In this document: positions 32,834 to 44,078 of the stretch, in pieces
Numbering within the stretch: position 1 is the stretch's first letter
How the letters are laid out: each line of letters opens with the position of its first letter
Assembly (NCBI GenBank): GCA_023205875.1
Contig: CP060754.1
Coordinates: 1,240,001-1,304,000 of the forward strand
Source: Chloropicon primus
Taxonomy: Eukaryota
Direction of reading: 5' to 3'
Length of the DNA: 64,000 bases
Made by a program: the position numbers and the translations under genes
The notes under the pieces: generated by a model
Database searches by the model: none
Told to the model about the DNA's origin: nothing
Seen by the model: the letters and a program-made list of their open reading frames with translations, nothing else

Positions 32834-34156
32834 TCACAACCGGCTCGTCGTCTTGCCCTTCCCCGCGTGGTGCTTCTGAAGGAGCTCCAAGACGGCGGTC
32901 TTATTGTACTCCTTGGCAAGGCTGAAGGCGTCATAGCCCTGTTCATTTTTGATGGAAGTCTTCGCCCCGGCGCTCAGCATGATCTCCACAACCTTGGTGT
33001 TTCCGAACCTCACGGCGTCGTGCAAAGGGGTGTCTCCGTTGTAGTCCTGGAGATCCTTCTCCAAACCGCACTCGTGGATCAAGTAGCACACGGTTCCCTC
33101 GTGTCCCCAGAAGGCAGCCTTGTGCAACGCGGAGCGTCCGGAGGACTTCTCCAAGTCGTGCACGTCTGCGTCCTTGGCAATCTTCTTCAACACATCGACG
33201 GCGTGGCCGTGCATGGCGGCCTCTCTGAACTCGGCGCTCGCGGCGTCCCTGGGAGCGGCGGGCTGGGCGCTTGCGGCCTTGTTGAGGTGAGGGCAAGCAG
33301 CCTCCGGGCATCCGAGGGAAAGGAGCCTGGAGAACGCATCAGCAAAGTCTTGGAAGAAAGCCTCCTGGTCCTTGGCGTAAAGCTCCACGTGCTGCTTGTA
33401 GGCAGGGTCCTCAATGAGAGCGATGTCAGTGGGGAGCATCATCAGCTCTCCGGACTCGGCGTCCTCGTACTGCATGGGTCCGTCCCACTTTCTTGGCTGC
33501 CAGGTCAAGTTCAAGAGGTTCTTGAAGTACTCGTTGTCGAACTTGAGAGGGTTGGTGGTCCACTTGCCGTCGAAGCCCGATCTCACGATGTGGCAGCGTC
33601 CCAAGGTATGGGCACCGCACAAAGCGACGGTCTCCTTGTCGTTGAAGCCCATGCGGGAGAAGACATCGCGGACGTGGCTGGCGCCCTGGGCCGCATCAGG
33701 CAAGCGTCCGTTCTCCGGGGTCTGCGTTCCCGCTGGGGCATCCACACGGCCGAACGAGTGCTTCACATCAGGTCCGTTCGTAAAGCCCACGGCCAGACTT
33801 CCGGCAAGGGTCCACAAATCAGCATAACTGACGTTCGGGTTCCTCTTCTTCACCTCGTGCAACATGTCGTGAATGATGTAGAGTCCGGCGTTCGCTGGAT
33901 CGCTGTGCTCCGGCTCGAAGCGCATCAAACTTCCGTTGCTTCCCCCGGTCCCATCGGTCTTGTCAAAGGTACCCGCCGAGTGCCAGGCGACTCTGACGGC
34001 CATGGGGCAAGCGTTGGCCTTGCGGTTGATGAGAGCCGCGCGTATCTCGGACTTCAAGGCGTCCTTGTTGATGCCAGGGTCGACCGCCTGGTGTCCCTTG
34101 TCTCCCTCAGGGTTCACCATCGTGGCTCCTCCCTCATACTTTGCTTGGTTCGCCAT
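32834..34156 (-). CDS. Class I heme peroxidase (APX/CcP hybrid type) fused to ankyrin repeats, copy A, C-terminal PTS1 -SRL
   Basis: RVAWHSAGT distal motif, GAHTLGRCH proximal motif, LMMLPTD; ankyrin GRSALHKAAFWGH and GDTPLHDAVRFGN; ends TTSRL. Confidence 0.93.
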   Translation of the reverse strand: MANQAKYEGGATMVNPEGDKGHQAVDPGINKDALKSEIRAALINRKANACPMAVRVAWHSAGTFDKTDGTGGSNGSLMRFEPEHSDPANAGLYIIHDMLHEVKKRNPNVSYADLWTLAGSLAVGFTNGPDVKHSFGRVDAPAGTQTPENGRLPDAAQGASHVRDVFSRMGFNDKETVALCGAHTLGRCHIVRSGFDGKWTTNPLKFDNEYFKNLLNLTWQPRKWDGPMQYEDAESGELMMLPTDIALIEDPAYKQHVELYAKDQEAFFQDFADAFSRLLSLGCPEAACPHLNKAASAQPAAPRDAASAEFREAAMHGHAVDVLKKIAKDADVHDLEKSSGRSALHKAAFWGHEGTVCYLIHECGLEKDLQDYNGDTPLHDAVRFGNTKVVEIMLSAGAKTSIKNEQGYDAFSLAKEYNKTAVLELLQKHHAGKGKTTSRL

Positions 34157-35729
34157 ACTTTCGCCTGCCTCCTTCGCCGTCTGCACGTTTTCGCTGTTCT
34201 TCTGCTGCGGTGGATTCCAGCTGGACGTCGTCTTTGTGTTTGTCTTCCCCCTGGAGGGAAGGGACCGAGGAGGATCGATTGGATGGATGGATGGCAAAGA
34301 GGTTCAAGGACGAGGGGCACAAGAGCAATGGGGTGGCGTGACAATCTCTTGAAAGCCAACAACGCTTTTGGATGTTATTAAATACCTACAAAACGAACGA
34401 AAGGGTACTGCGTTTATCCATGCATAAGATATGTTGCGAGGTGTTGCGAGCTAACGCTTACTTCTGAAGGAGCTCCAAGACAGCGGTCTTGTTGTACTCC
34501 TTGGCAAGGCTGATGCAATCATGTCCGTCGGCGTTCTTGATGTTCTTGTTCGCCCCGGCGCTCAGCATGATCTCCACAACCTTGGTGTTTCCGAACCTCA
34601 CGGCGTCGTGCAAAGGAGTGTCTCCGTTGTAGTCCTGGAGATCCTTCTCCAAACCGCACTCGTGGATCAAGTAGCACACGGTTCCCTCGTGTCCCCAGAA
34701 GGCAGCCTTGTGCAACGCGGAGCGTCCGGAGGACTTCTCCAAGTCGTGCACGTCTGCGTCCTTGGCAATCTTCTTCAACACATCGACGGCGTGGCCGTGC
34801 ATGGCGGCCTCTCTGAACTCGGCGCTCGCGGCGTCCCTGGGAGCGGCGGGCTGGGCGCTTGCGGCCTTGTTGAGGTGAGGGCAAGCAGCCTCCGGGCATC
34901 CGAGGGAAAGGAGCCTGGAGAACGCATCAGCAAAGTCTTGGAAGAAAGCCTCCTGGTCCTTGGCGTAAAGCTCCACGTGCTGCTTGTAGGCAGGGTCCTC
35001 AATGAGAGCGATGTCAGTGGGGAGCATCATCAGCTCTCCGGACTCGGCGTCCTCGTACTGCATGGGTCCGTCCCACTTTCTTGGCTGCCAGGTCAAGTTC
35101 AAGAGGTTCTTGAAGTACTCGTTGTCGAACTTGAGAGGGTTGGTGGTCCACTTGCCGTCGAAGCCCGATCTCACGATGTGGCAGCGTCCCAAGGTATGGG
35201 CACCGCACAAAGCGACGGTCTCCTTGTCGTTGAAGCCCATGCGGGAGAAGACATCGCGGACGTGGCTGGCGCCCTGGGCCGCATCAGGCAAGCGTCCGTT
35301 CTCCGGGGTCTGCGTTCCCGCTGGGGCATCCACACGGCCGAACGAGTGCTTCACATCAGGTCCGTTCGTAAAGCCCACGGCCAGACTTCCGGCAAGGGTC
35401 CACAAATCAGCATAACTGACGTTCGGGTTCCTCTTCTTCACCTCGTGCAACATGTCGTGAATGATGTAGAGTCCGGCGTTCGCTGGATCGCTGTGCTCCG
35501 GCTCGAAGCGCATCAAACTTCCGTTGCTTCCCCCGGTCCCATCGGTCTTGTCAAAGGTACCCGCCGAGTGCCAGGCGACTCTGACGGCCATGGGGCAAGC
35601 GTTGGCCTTGCGGTTGATGAGAGCCGCGCGTATCTCGGACTTCAAGGCGTCCTTGTTGATGCCAGGGTCGACCGCCTGGTGTCCCTTGTCTCCCTCAGGG
35701 TTCACCATCGTGGCTCCTCCCTCATACTT
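32961..35729 (-). repeat. Direct repeat, offset 1588 nt (32961-34141 matches 34549-35729)
   Basis: Near-identical 1181-nt block; one silent difference seen (33029 vs 34617). Confidence 0.95.
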
Positions 35730-35747
35730 GGATTCGTGTGGCGCCAT
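34458..35747 (-). CDS. Class I heme peroxidase-ankyrin fusion, copy B (no PTS1)
   Basis: Same motifs as copy A; starts MAPHESKYEGG and ends LELLQK. Confidence 0.93.
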   Translation of the reverse strand: MAPHESKYEGGATMVNPEGDKGHQAVDPGINKDALKSEIRAALINRKANACPMAVRVAWHSAGTFDKTDGTGGSNGSLMRFEPEHSDPANAGLYIIHDMLHEVKKRNPNVSYADLWTLAGSLAVGFTNGPDVKHSFGRVDAPAGTQTPENGRLPDAAQGASHVRDVFSRMGFNDKETVALCGAHTLGRCHIVRSGFDGKWTTNPLKFDNEYFKNLLNLTWQPRKWDGPMQYEDAESGELMMLPTDIALIEDPAYKQHVELYAKDQEAFFQDFADAFSRLLSLGCPEAACPHLNKAASAQPAAPRDAASAEFREAAMHGHAVDVLKKIAKDADVHDLEKSSGRSALHKAAFWGHEGTVCYLIHECGLEKDLQDYNGDTPLHDAVRFGNTKVVEIMLSAGANKNIKNADGHDCISLAKEYNKTAVLELLQK

Positions 35748-36026
35748 CTTTGTCCTTGGTTTCGTGTCCAACTCCAACTCTTGTGTGTGCTCTTGTGTCG
35801 TTTGGGTTGATGTTGGCGGTGTTGCTCGAAGTCGGCGCCGAGGTGTCGTGTTCTTTGTCTTGTCGAACGTGTTGCCAACCCTAAAGGCACCGACACGTAA
35901 TCTTAATCCTAATCTTATTTCAGTGGCGTACAATGGAAAAATCAAATTGGTGCGGCAAGTAGTCTAAAATGTAAGGATACAGGGAGGAAGGACGAGAACA
36001 GGAGAAACCTTGTGTCCTTCCTTGCT

Positions 36027-38154
36027 TTAGAACAGGTCGAAGACGACCAAGGTCATGATAGTGTAGGACACGGGGAGGAAGATGATACAAAAGTAATCCA
36101 AGTGGTTTGCCAGCAACTTCTCGATGTTCTCCAAAGTCATGGCTCGCCTCAGGAGGCTGACTTTGGAGGAGGCTTCGACCTTCTCCGAACCCTCTTGCTG
36201 CGCAGGGAGGGGGGAGACAGAGATCGAGCCCCTGAATTTTCTGACAACCTCTTCCCTCATCGCCGTTCTCCGTTGGAGCACGAACACGACGACAGACTCC
36301 ACTGTGGCAAAGGATGCGAAGAACGTGCTGCCGATTATGAAAATCGAGAGTGGGGTGAGGTATCCAGTCTCTGGCAGGTTGTCGTTCATGATCAGCTGGA
36401 ACACGTTGAGGGCCAGAATGATGGTCAGGGACAAGGTGGCCCTGTCATTCAGGTCTTGCGGGGGCAGGAAGAATGACACCCAGCTCATGATCGTCAAGAG
36501 GGCGACCACGAGGGTGAAATTGAGCATGTAATAGGACGTGACACGCTCGACGACGATTGTGGCTGTCACGGTCGACTCGTACTCCACCCCCGGCATGTAG
36601 GAATCCCCAAACAGGCGCTCGATCTGCTTCTCGACCCTCTTCCACACCGAGCTCCCGGCCGCCTTGAGCAAGTTCGTGGACTCGTACGTTCTCATGCTCA
36701 TCTTCTCCGTGGCGGACACCCCGTGCAGTCTCCACCCGGATATCGCGTCGTGGCCAGACTCCGAAGTCATTGCCATCGTGCTGAGGGCGGTGACAGGGAA
36801 GAACTTGAAGTTGTCGTACAGCGTGTCCGTCGTAGATGCCGCAGAAGGCTTCAAGCTGAATTCGATCAGAAGGTCCTGCCAGTCCCTTGGAAACTTCTTG
36901 AAGCTCATCGGTGTGCTGAACAACCCCCTTGCGTGGATGGTGTAGAAAGCGCTCTTGTAACCTCCCAGGAAAACAAGGCTCTTCTTGCTAATCTCGAGCT
37001 CCCTTGCGTTTTTGAACACTGGCTCGGGCCTCCAAACCCACCGGCACTCCCCTTGGTCGATGTCCTCGTCCTCGGCCAAGCAGTCGCTCCACATGTTCTG
37101 GTCTGTCCAAGCAAAAGATAGGGTGAACGCGGCCTGGAACGTGAAGTCCTTCTCGTTGATGTCGTAAACATCGTCGATTTGTATGTTCGCTTCCACCGTG
37201 CTCTGCACGGTGAGGTTGGAGCCACGGTCGACCGTGTACGGCACCGTCTTCCCGGAGAAGATCAGGTAGTCCCTGCAAGACAGGAAGGAAAGGAAAAGAA
37301 GAGGCGAGGCTCGGGCTCGTCAGTCTATATAATTTTTTCTTGTGGGGAATCAGAGCCGCATCATCGCAAGAGAACACCACCCACCTCGCCTTGAGCAGGT
37401 CGTTGTAAAACGAAATTGGGAAACCCATGTACTCCGCTTGAGACTCAGTCAGATCACTGAACATCTGGCCCATGAATCCTGCGTCTGTCATCTTTTGCAA
37501 CAGTCCCGGCTCCACCATGACAGAATCCCTGAAGAAGTTCAGGAGCTCAAGAGTGTCGGCCCTATACGGGTGCTTGCACTTTCTCTTCACCTCGTAGTCC
37601 ATCTGGCTCAAGAATTCTTGTGTCACGGACCCCGCGTCAACTTCAGTCAAGAGGCTGCAGAGTTCATAGCTGAAGATCCCACCCGTTTGCTCCTCCAGAG
37701 GGACCGCGAAGCCCTTGTGGTAGCAGGACGACGTAAGGTCCGTGAAACAGCTGTTTACGAACGAGTCATCGGGCGTCGCGTCGAACATGTTCCCAGCGCA
37801 CAGGCAGAAGCCGCGCCAGTGCCTCCTCTGCTTGTACTTGTTCTTGAAGTCGTTCACCTCGTTCCTCTCGTCTTGGAGCGCGGCATCTGCCAGGGCTTTC
37901 ATCTCTTCTGGAGACAACTTTCCCCCGCCTTTGTTCCCGGGGCCACCGCCAGTTCCCCCCGATGACGCGCCATTGCCCGTTCCCGATCCCCCGTTCTTGT
38001 TCCCGTTCGAGGAGGACCCTGAATCACCACCGTTAGCCGATTGCTGTGAGCCCCCTCCTTGCTGAGGCTGCGCCAGGCTCCTGTACTGGGCGGCTTGGAG
38101 GGCAAGGACGAGCACCACCAGCGCTCCAATGCGAAAACGTCGTGCCACCGCCAT
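36027..38154 (-). CDS. Pentameric ligand-gated ion channel (Cys-less, Pro-loop type), exons 38154-37385 and 37272-36027 (~671 aa)
   Basis: Signal peptide; VWRPEPVFKNAR, loop-7 FPRDWQ, pre-M1 VERV, M1-M4 helices (SWVSFFL, RATLSLTIILAL, LPETGYLT); phase-2 GT-AG intron joins the two ORFs. Confidence 0.9.
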
Positions 38155-38588
38155 CGCGTCCCAACAACAAGGGGCAGGCAGAGAGCAAGGAGAGAGCAAG
38201 GAGAGAGCAAGGCGATTGAGCGTGCGTGCGCGTGCGTGGTGTGTGTTTGGAAGGTTGGAAGGTGAGTGAGGAGAGGAAGACAAACTTCCATTCGTAATTA
38301 CAATTCTTCCCTTTCACTCGGCTTCTCCAAGCCTTGAGTATAGTTCCACATCCTGACATGAAGACAGTCAAGCACCTGATGGTGGGGTTTCCTTAAGGCA
38401 ATTCCTCTTGGACTGGGTCAAAGAAGAAGACGAAATATCGTGGGCCTCGTTCCTCCACCAAGGGGTAAGAACGCCCCTTTGTTGTTCTAATTAGTACAAC
38501 TACGTTCTACCCCTCGCGCCAAATACTCCTTGCCTTTGGATGGAATTAGTCAAGGCCAGTGCAAACGAAGAAAGGAAGACTCAGACTC

Positions 38589-38594
38589 TCTCCC

Positions 38595-38642
<48 letters not shown>
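38589..38642. repeat. Imperfect (CT)n microsatellite
   Basis: Seen directly. Confidence 0.9.
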
Positions 38643-38644
<2 letters not shown>

Positions 38645-39252
38645 CGTCTCGTCTCGTTCTCCCAATTCTAGCGAGAGGACCAGGGAAGAGGGTGCAGTGT
38701 CTTTCTCGAGGGGTAGAACAAAGTTTCGGTGACCGAGGGTCTTCGTGTGTTGAGCGCAACGCTGGAAGGAAAGGGGAACGGAGAGCTCCCGGCTTCTTGC
38801 GTCTCTTAATTCCAAACGAATACGAATACGCAAAGGAAGGACCTTTGTTCCTTCTTGAATAGGCAAAGCCGCCGTGCGTGGGGCCGCTCGATTTGGACGT
38901 CGCGAAGACCAAGAAACTTTTGCCTTTTGGGGACGGTGACCAACGAGGGGACTAACCGAACACGTTGTATAGTTTTTGCAAGAGGTCGAAGGACTTTGCA
39001 CAAATACACACACCACGTGAGAGAGCGCGCACACACAACAAGGTGAGTCGGGCATTGGTGTCTCGTTCTTGAGGGACAAGCTCATTGCCGGGACAGAGGT
39101 CGTCGTCGCCTGCAGCTTTCTTTCTCCCGCACGCACAACTTGTGCAGACAAATACGGCAAGATTGGATCGTCCACGAGTCGGTAGTGCTGACTCCTTGCG
39201 GATTTGTCCACCCCTTTGCTTGCTTGCTTCCTCGTCGTTTTCCAAGGCAAAG

Positions 39253-39528
39253 ATGGCGTATAACTTGTATCAGGTGCAGATGGCACAGGCGTGGACTGAG
39301 AGGGTAAAGAAAGAGAACGCCATGGCAGAGAGATTTTGGGCCACGAGGAAGTCCGACGACCTCATGTCCGAAGTTAGCGTGAGAACAAACGCGACTTCGA
39401 GGAGTACGGACACCACGGTTCTCAAGGCCAGGCTCGAGGCCTTGGAGAGCGAACTCGCTAGGGAGAGAGATTATAGGAAGAAGGTCGAGAGTGACTTGAA
39501 GGTGTTAAAAGGGATAACGGAGGAATGA
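39253..39528 (+). CDS. Small coiled-coil hypothetical protein (91 aa)
   Basis: MAYNLYQVQMAQAWTERVKKEN...; good start context AAGATGGC; TGTAA downstream. Confidence 0.7.
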   Translation: MAYNLYQVQMAQAWTERVKKENAMAERFWATRKSDDLMSEVSVRTNATSRSTDTTVLKARLEALESELARERDYRKKVESDLKVLKGITEE

Positions 39529-39725
39529 CGACAAGGGCATGCATGTGATGACCTGTAGAGAGGGTTTCTGGGTCTCGACTGATTGTAACGATAAAACGCT
39601 TTCCTGTCCGTAGAGCTACAAACACATTTATGAATCCAACCAGCCAACCCACCCATCGAGGCGCTCTCCTTCTTCGGAACAGTCGTGGAGGTGTAAAGAA
39701 AAGATATACTAAAACTCGTCTGGAC

Positions 39726-41027
39726 TTACTTGTCTCCAACGATGACGCCGGCGCCCACCGTTCTTCCGCCCTCCCTGATGGCGAACTTGAGTCCCTGCTG
39801 CACGGGGACTGGGGCAATCAAGTTGAAGGTGGCCGTGACGTTGTCGCCAGGCATAACCATCTCCGTTCCCTCTGGAAGGGTGACGGTTCCGGTGATGTCA
39901 GCGGTCCTGAGGAAGAACTGTGGCCTGTACCCGTTGAAAAATGGGGTGTGGCGCCCGCCCTCGTCCTTGGTCAAGATGTAGATCTCGCCCTGGAACTCCT
40001 TGGCAGTCTTCATGCTTCCAGGCTTAACGATGACCTGTCCTCTAGTGACATCCTCTCTCTTAATGCCACGGAGAAGCAAGCCGCAGTTGTCTCCGGCCTG
40101 GCCCTCGTTCAAGCTTTTCTTGAACATCTCGACACCGGTAACGGTGGTCTTGGTGGGCTCGTCGTTGATCCCGATGATCTCCACCTCCTCTCCGACCTTG
40201 ATGATTCCCTGCTCAATCCTTCCGGTCACCACGGTGCCCCTTCCCTGAATGCTGAAGACGTCCTCCACCGGCATGGCGAAGGGCTTGTCGAGGGCTCTCT
40301 CGGGGGCGGGCATGTACTCGTCGATGTTCTTCATGAGCTCCAGCACGGCGTTCTTTCCGATCTCGTCGTCCCGGCCCTCGAGTGCCGCCAAGGCGCTTCC
40401 CCTGACGATTGGGATGTCGTCGCCAGGATACTTGTAGAAGCTCAGAAGCTCTCTGAGCTCCATCTCCACCAAGTCAATGAGCTCCTCGTCGTCCACAGCG
40501 TCGACCTTGTTCAAGAAGCACACCAGGGAAGGGACTCCGACTTGCCTGGCCAAGAGAATGTGCTCCCTGGTCTGTGGCATGGGCCCGTCCGTCGCGGAGA
40601 CGACCAAGATCCCACCGTCCATCTGGGCAGCACCCGTGATCATGTTCTTCACGTAATCGGCGTGACCCGGGCAGTCCACGTGCGCGTAGTGGCGGTTCTC
40701 CGTCTCGTACTCGACGTGAGCCGTCGAGATCGTGATACCTCTGGCCTTCTCCTCAGGGGCCTTGTCGATGGCGTCGAAGGCAACCTGCTCGGCCTGCCCG
40801 GCCTCCGCGAGAACCCTCGTGATCGCAGCAGTCAGCGTCGTCTTCCCGTGGTCAACGTGACCGATGGTACCCACGTTCATGTGCGGCTTCGTCCTCGCAT
40901 TTATGTCGTAACTCATGAGCCTCTGCTGCATGCCGAGCACTGCAGCACCCCTCGCCCTAACGAGGACGGCCTCCTCCGCAGCGCAAGTGACTTGCGTCAC
41001 AACACGCAACACACTCCTGGCAAACAT
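39726..41027 (-). CDS. TUFM: Mitochondrial elongation factor Tu
   Basis: [29 protein letters not shown]-terminal presequence MFARSVLR. Confidence 0.96.
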   Translation of the reverse strand: MFARSVLRVVTQVTCAAEEAVLVRARGAAVLGMQQRLMSYDINARTKPHMNVGTIGHVDHGKTTLTAAITRVLAEAGQAEQVAFDAIDKAPEEKARGITISTAHVEYETENRHYAHVDCPGHADYVKNMITGAAQMDGGILVVSATDGPMPQTREHILLARQVGVPSLVCFLNKVDAVDDEELIDLVEMELRELLSFYKYPGDDIPIVRGSALAALEGRDDEIGKNAVLELMKNIDEYMPAPERALDKPFAMPVEDVFSIQGRGTVVTGRIEQGIIKVGEEVEIIGINDEPTKTTVTGVEMFKKSLNEGQAGDNCGLLLRGIKREDVTRGQVIVKPGSMKTAKEFQGEIYILTKDEGGRHTPFFNGYRPQFFLRTADITGTVTLPEGTEMVMPGDNVTATFNLIAPVPVQQGLKFAIREGGRTVGAGVIVGDK

Positions 41028-41648
41028 CCTTGAGGTGAGTCCTGAGTGTATCCTGATCCTAATGCTAAGCGCCACACGCACTACTCGTCTTCCTCGGTCC
41101 TCACTCCACTCCCTCGCGACGACGACTGCGCACCTCGGCTTCCGCGATCTTTTCCTGGCGGCTCCTGGCGGAACCAGAAATCAATCTGGGCGAGGTGTAA
41201 GGGGCGAGGACGGGGGAACAAACAATAGAACAGGGCGCGGCACGGTGCGGCGGGCGGAAAGGGGACCTAAACAAACGAAAGTACATCTCAAGGGCTTTCG
41301 CTGGATACCAACATTGTCTTGGGTTGAGCAGAGGGCGTGTAGGGTGGGTCGGTGAGATTGTTCTGCAATCCGCACAGCACACTGTGAGGTGAGTGTGTGG
41401 GTGTGTGCGTGGTGAGATCGTGGACGAGGTCATCGTGCCGAGAGCGCTTGAAAGAGCAGAGTCTCGGTGACTATCGTAACCAATGTTCGTGACGTTGGCG
41501 AGGATTGGAAGGACTGAACTGTGGGTTTGCTCGAAAGGTTGAGGTGCAGGGGAGAGGGAGAGGGTGTGGAGCTTGAGCTCGGATCCGCAAAAGAGGGGCG
41601 CGTGGCGTGCGCGTCAGGGGAAGGGGAACTTGAGCTAGGGATTTCGCG

Positions 41649-42617
41649 ATGGACGACCGGGAGGTGTTGAGGGATCGCGCGGACGTTCCCGTCGCCAGCA
41701 GCAGCAGACCGCAGGAACCTTCTTCGGTGGTGGTGGCGGGTGCCACCCAGAGAAAGAACAAGGACAAGAAGAAGAGGAAGGGAAAGAAGAGGCCGAGCCA
41801 GGAGGTGGAGAGCATCGACGACACGAGCGCCGAGTCCATCGCATCGGCCCTCTGGTCGTCCTACTCAACCTTCGCAGAGGCAGGGGGCGAGGCGAAGCTG
41901 CAGGGCGACTTCCTCGACCAGGGCGCCGTGCAAGTTCTGGGAACGAGCGAAGCGGGCCTCGCCAGGAGGGTGTGCATGAGCTTTCCCGAGTGGCGCAAGG
42001 AGATGTCCAGGACAAGCGCGAACGGATCCCCCATGTGGATCATCGTGTGCTCCTCCGCGGACAGGTGCATTGCTGTCCTGAAGGAGCTCTCCGACATCAG
42101 AAAGTTCGCAAAGGTGAGGGCCTCAGCCGGCGGTGTCTGTCTGGTTTTCTTCCCCTTCCTTTCTTGCCTTTTCGCTGACCTTCCCCCCATTGTCCCTGTC
42201 TCTCCCTGCTGCCGCAGTTCGGAAAGCTTTTTTCCAGGCACATGAAAGTTCCTGAGCAGGTCTCCTTTCTGGAGCGATCGATCGTCAACGTCGTCGTCGG
42301 GACGCCCGCTCGCATTTTGAAGCTGTGCGACCTTGGAAACCTGAAGCTGGGCAAGGCAAAGGTGAGTTTCGTCGCACGCCCGTTGCACTTGGTGCTCTGA
42401 ATCACTCAGTGCTCACCGTTCTCTCTCTGACTCGACGCACGCCCCGCGCGTCTTCTCTCCTTCGGTGACGCAGGTTCTCTTCTTCGACAAGACCGCGGAC
42501 ATGAAGAACAGGAGCTTGCTCACGATGAAGGACGTCCAGAAGGACCTGTGGACCTTTTACGAGAAGCACGTCCAGGGTCTTGTGGCCAAGGGCCAGGTCA
42601 AGGTCTGCGTGCTTTGA
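41649..42617 (+). CDS. CMSS1: CMS1/CMSS1-like protein, exons 41649-42113, 42218-42361, 42474-42617
   Basis: IIVCSSADRC, FGKLFSRHMKVPEQ, VGTPARILKL, DMKNRSLL; two GT-AG introns. Confidence 0.87.
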
Positions 42618-42757
42618 GGGCCCGCTTCGAAGAGGAGAGGAGAACCCCTAAAACCAAGGCGTGGTTCCTGTCCATCCTTTCTAAAGACATAAGCTAGTTC
42701 TTTATTAAAAACATCATTAACGAGAGTTAAAAAACCTAAAACAAAGATCCATCTTCT

Positions 42758-43444
<687 letters not shown>

Positions 43445-44078
43445 GATGTCTCTCTTGTGTTACGTTCCGTCGTCACAAACACCTGCGGGGGTTCTGGAGA
43501 ATCAAAAGAGAGTCTCGTCCTCGAAGCCGCAGCAGTCTTCGTGATGAATGAAAGAGGGAACCTCCGCTTCCCTTCTCTCCGCCGCCGCCAGAAAAAAATG
43601 AAAAAATGTTCGAATCTTACTTCACATTTGAAGTTGTCGCGATCTTCAAATTTGAAATTTGAATGGGAGAGAGAAGGAGACCGAGGGAGTTGACGAGGAC
43701 GAGAAGGGAGAGGGAGAGAACGAGAGGGGAAAGGGAGGGAGGTGAGGTGATCTGCGGAGGAGGGAAGGGTAACAGACGAAATATTCGTCTCACGAGCTTT
43801 CGTTTCGTACCTTGGTTGAAGGATTTCATCCACGGAGTCCTCGTCTTCGTCCACCAACGTTTGGACGAGGGGCACAGAGAGAGAGGCACGGAGAGGCACA
43901 GAGAGAGACCTCTGCGCCTTTGCGTGGAGTGAAGCCGGGAGGAAGGAAATCTTTTTTTTGTTTTTGTTTTCTTGAGTTTCTCATCCGCAAGGTCGAACCT
44001 TTGGGTCCCTCTCGTGCAGAACTTGCGGTGCCTTGACTTGGTAAAGGAGCGTGGTTTGCACAGGATTTTTGCGACGCG

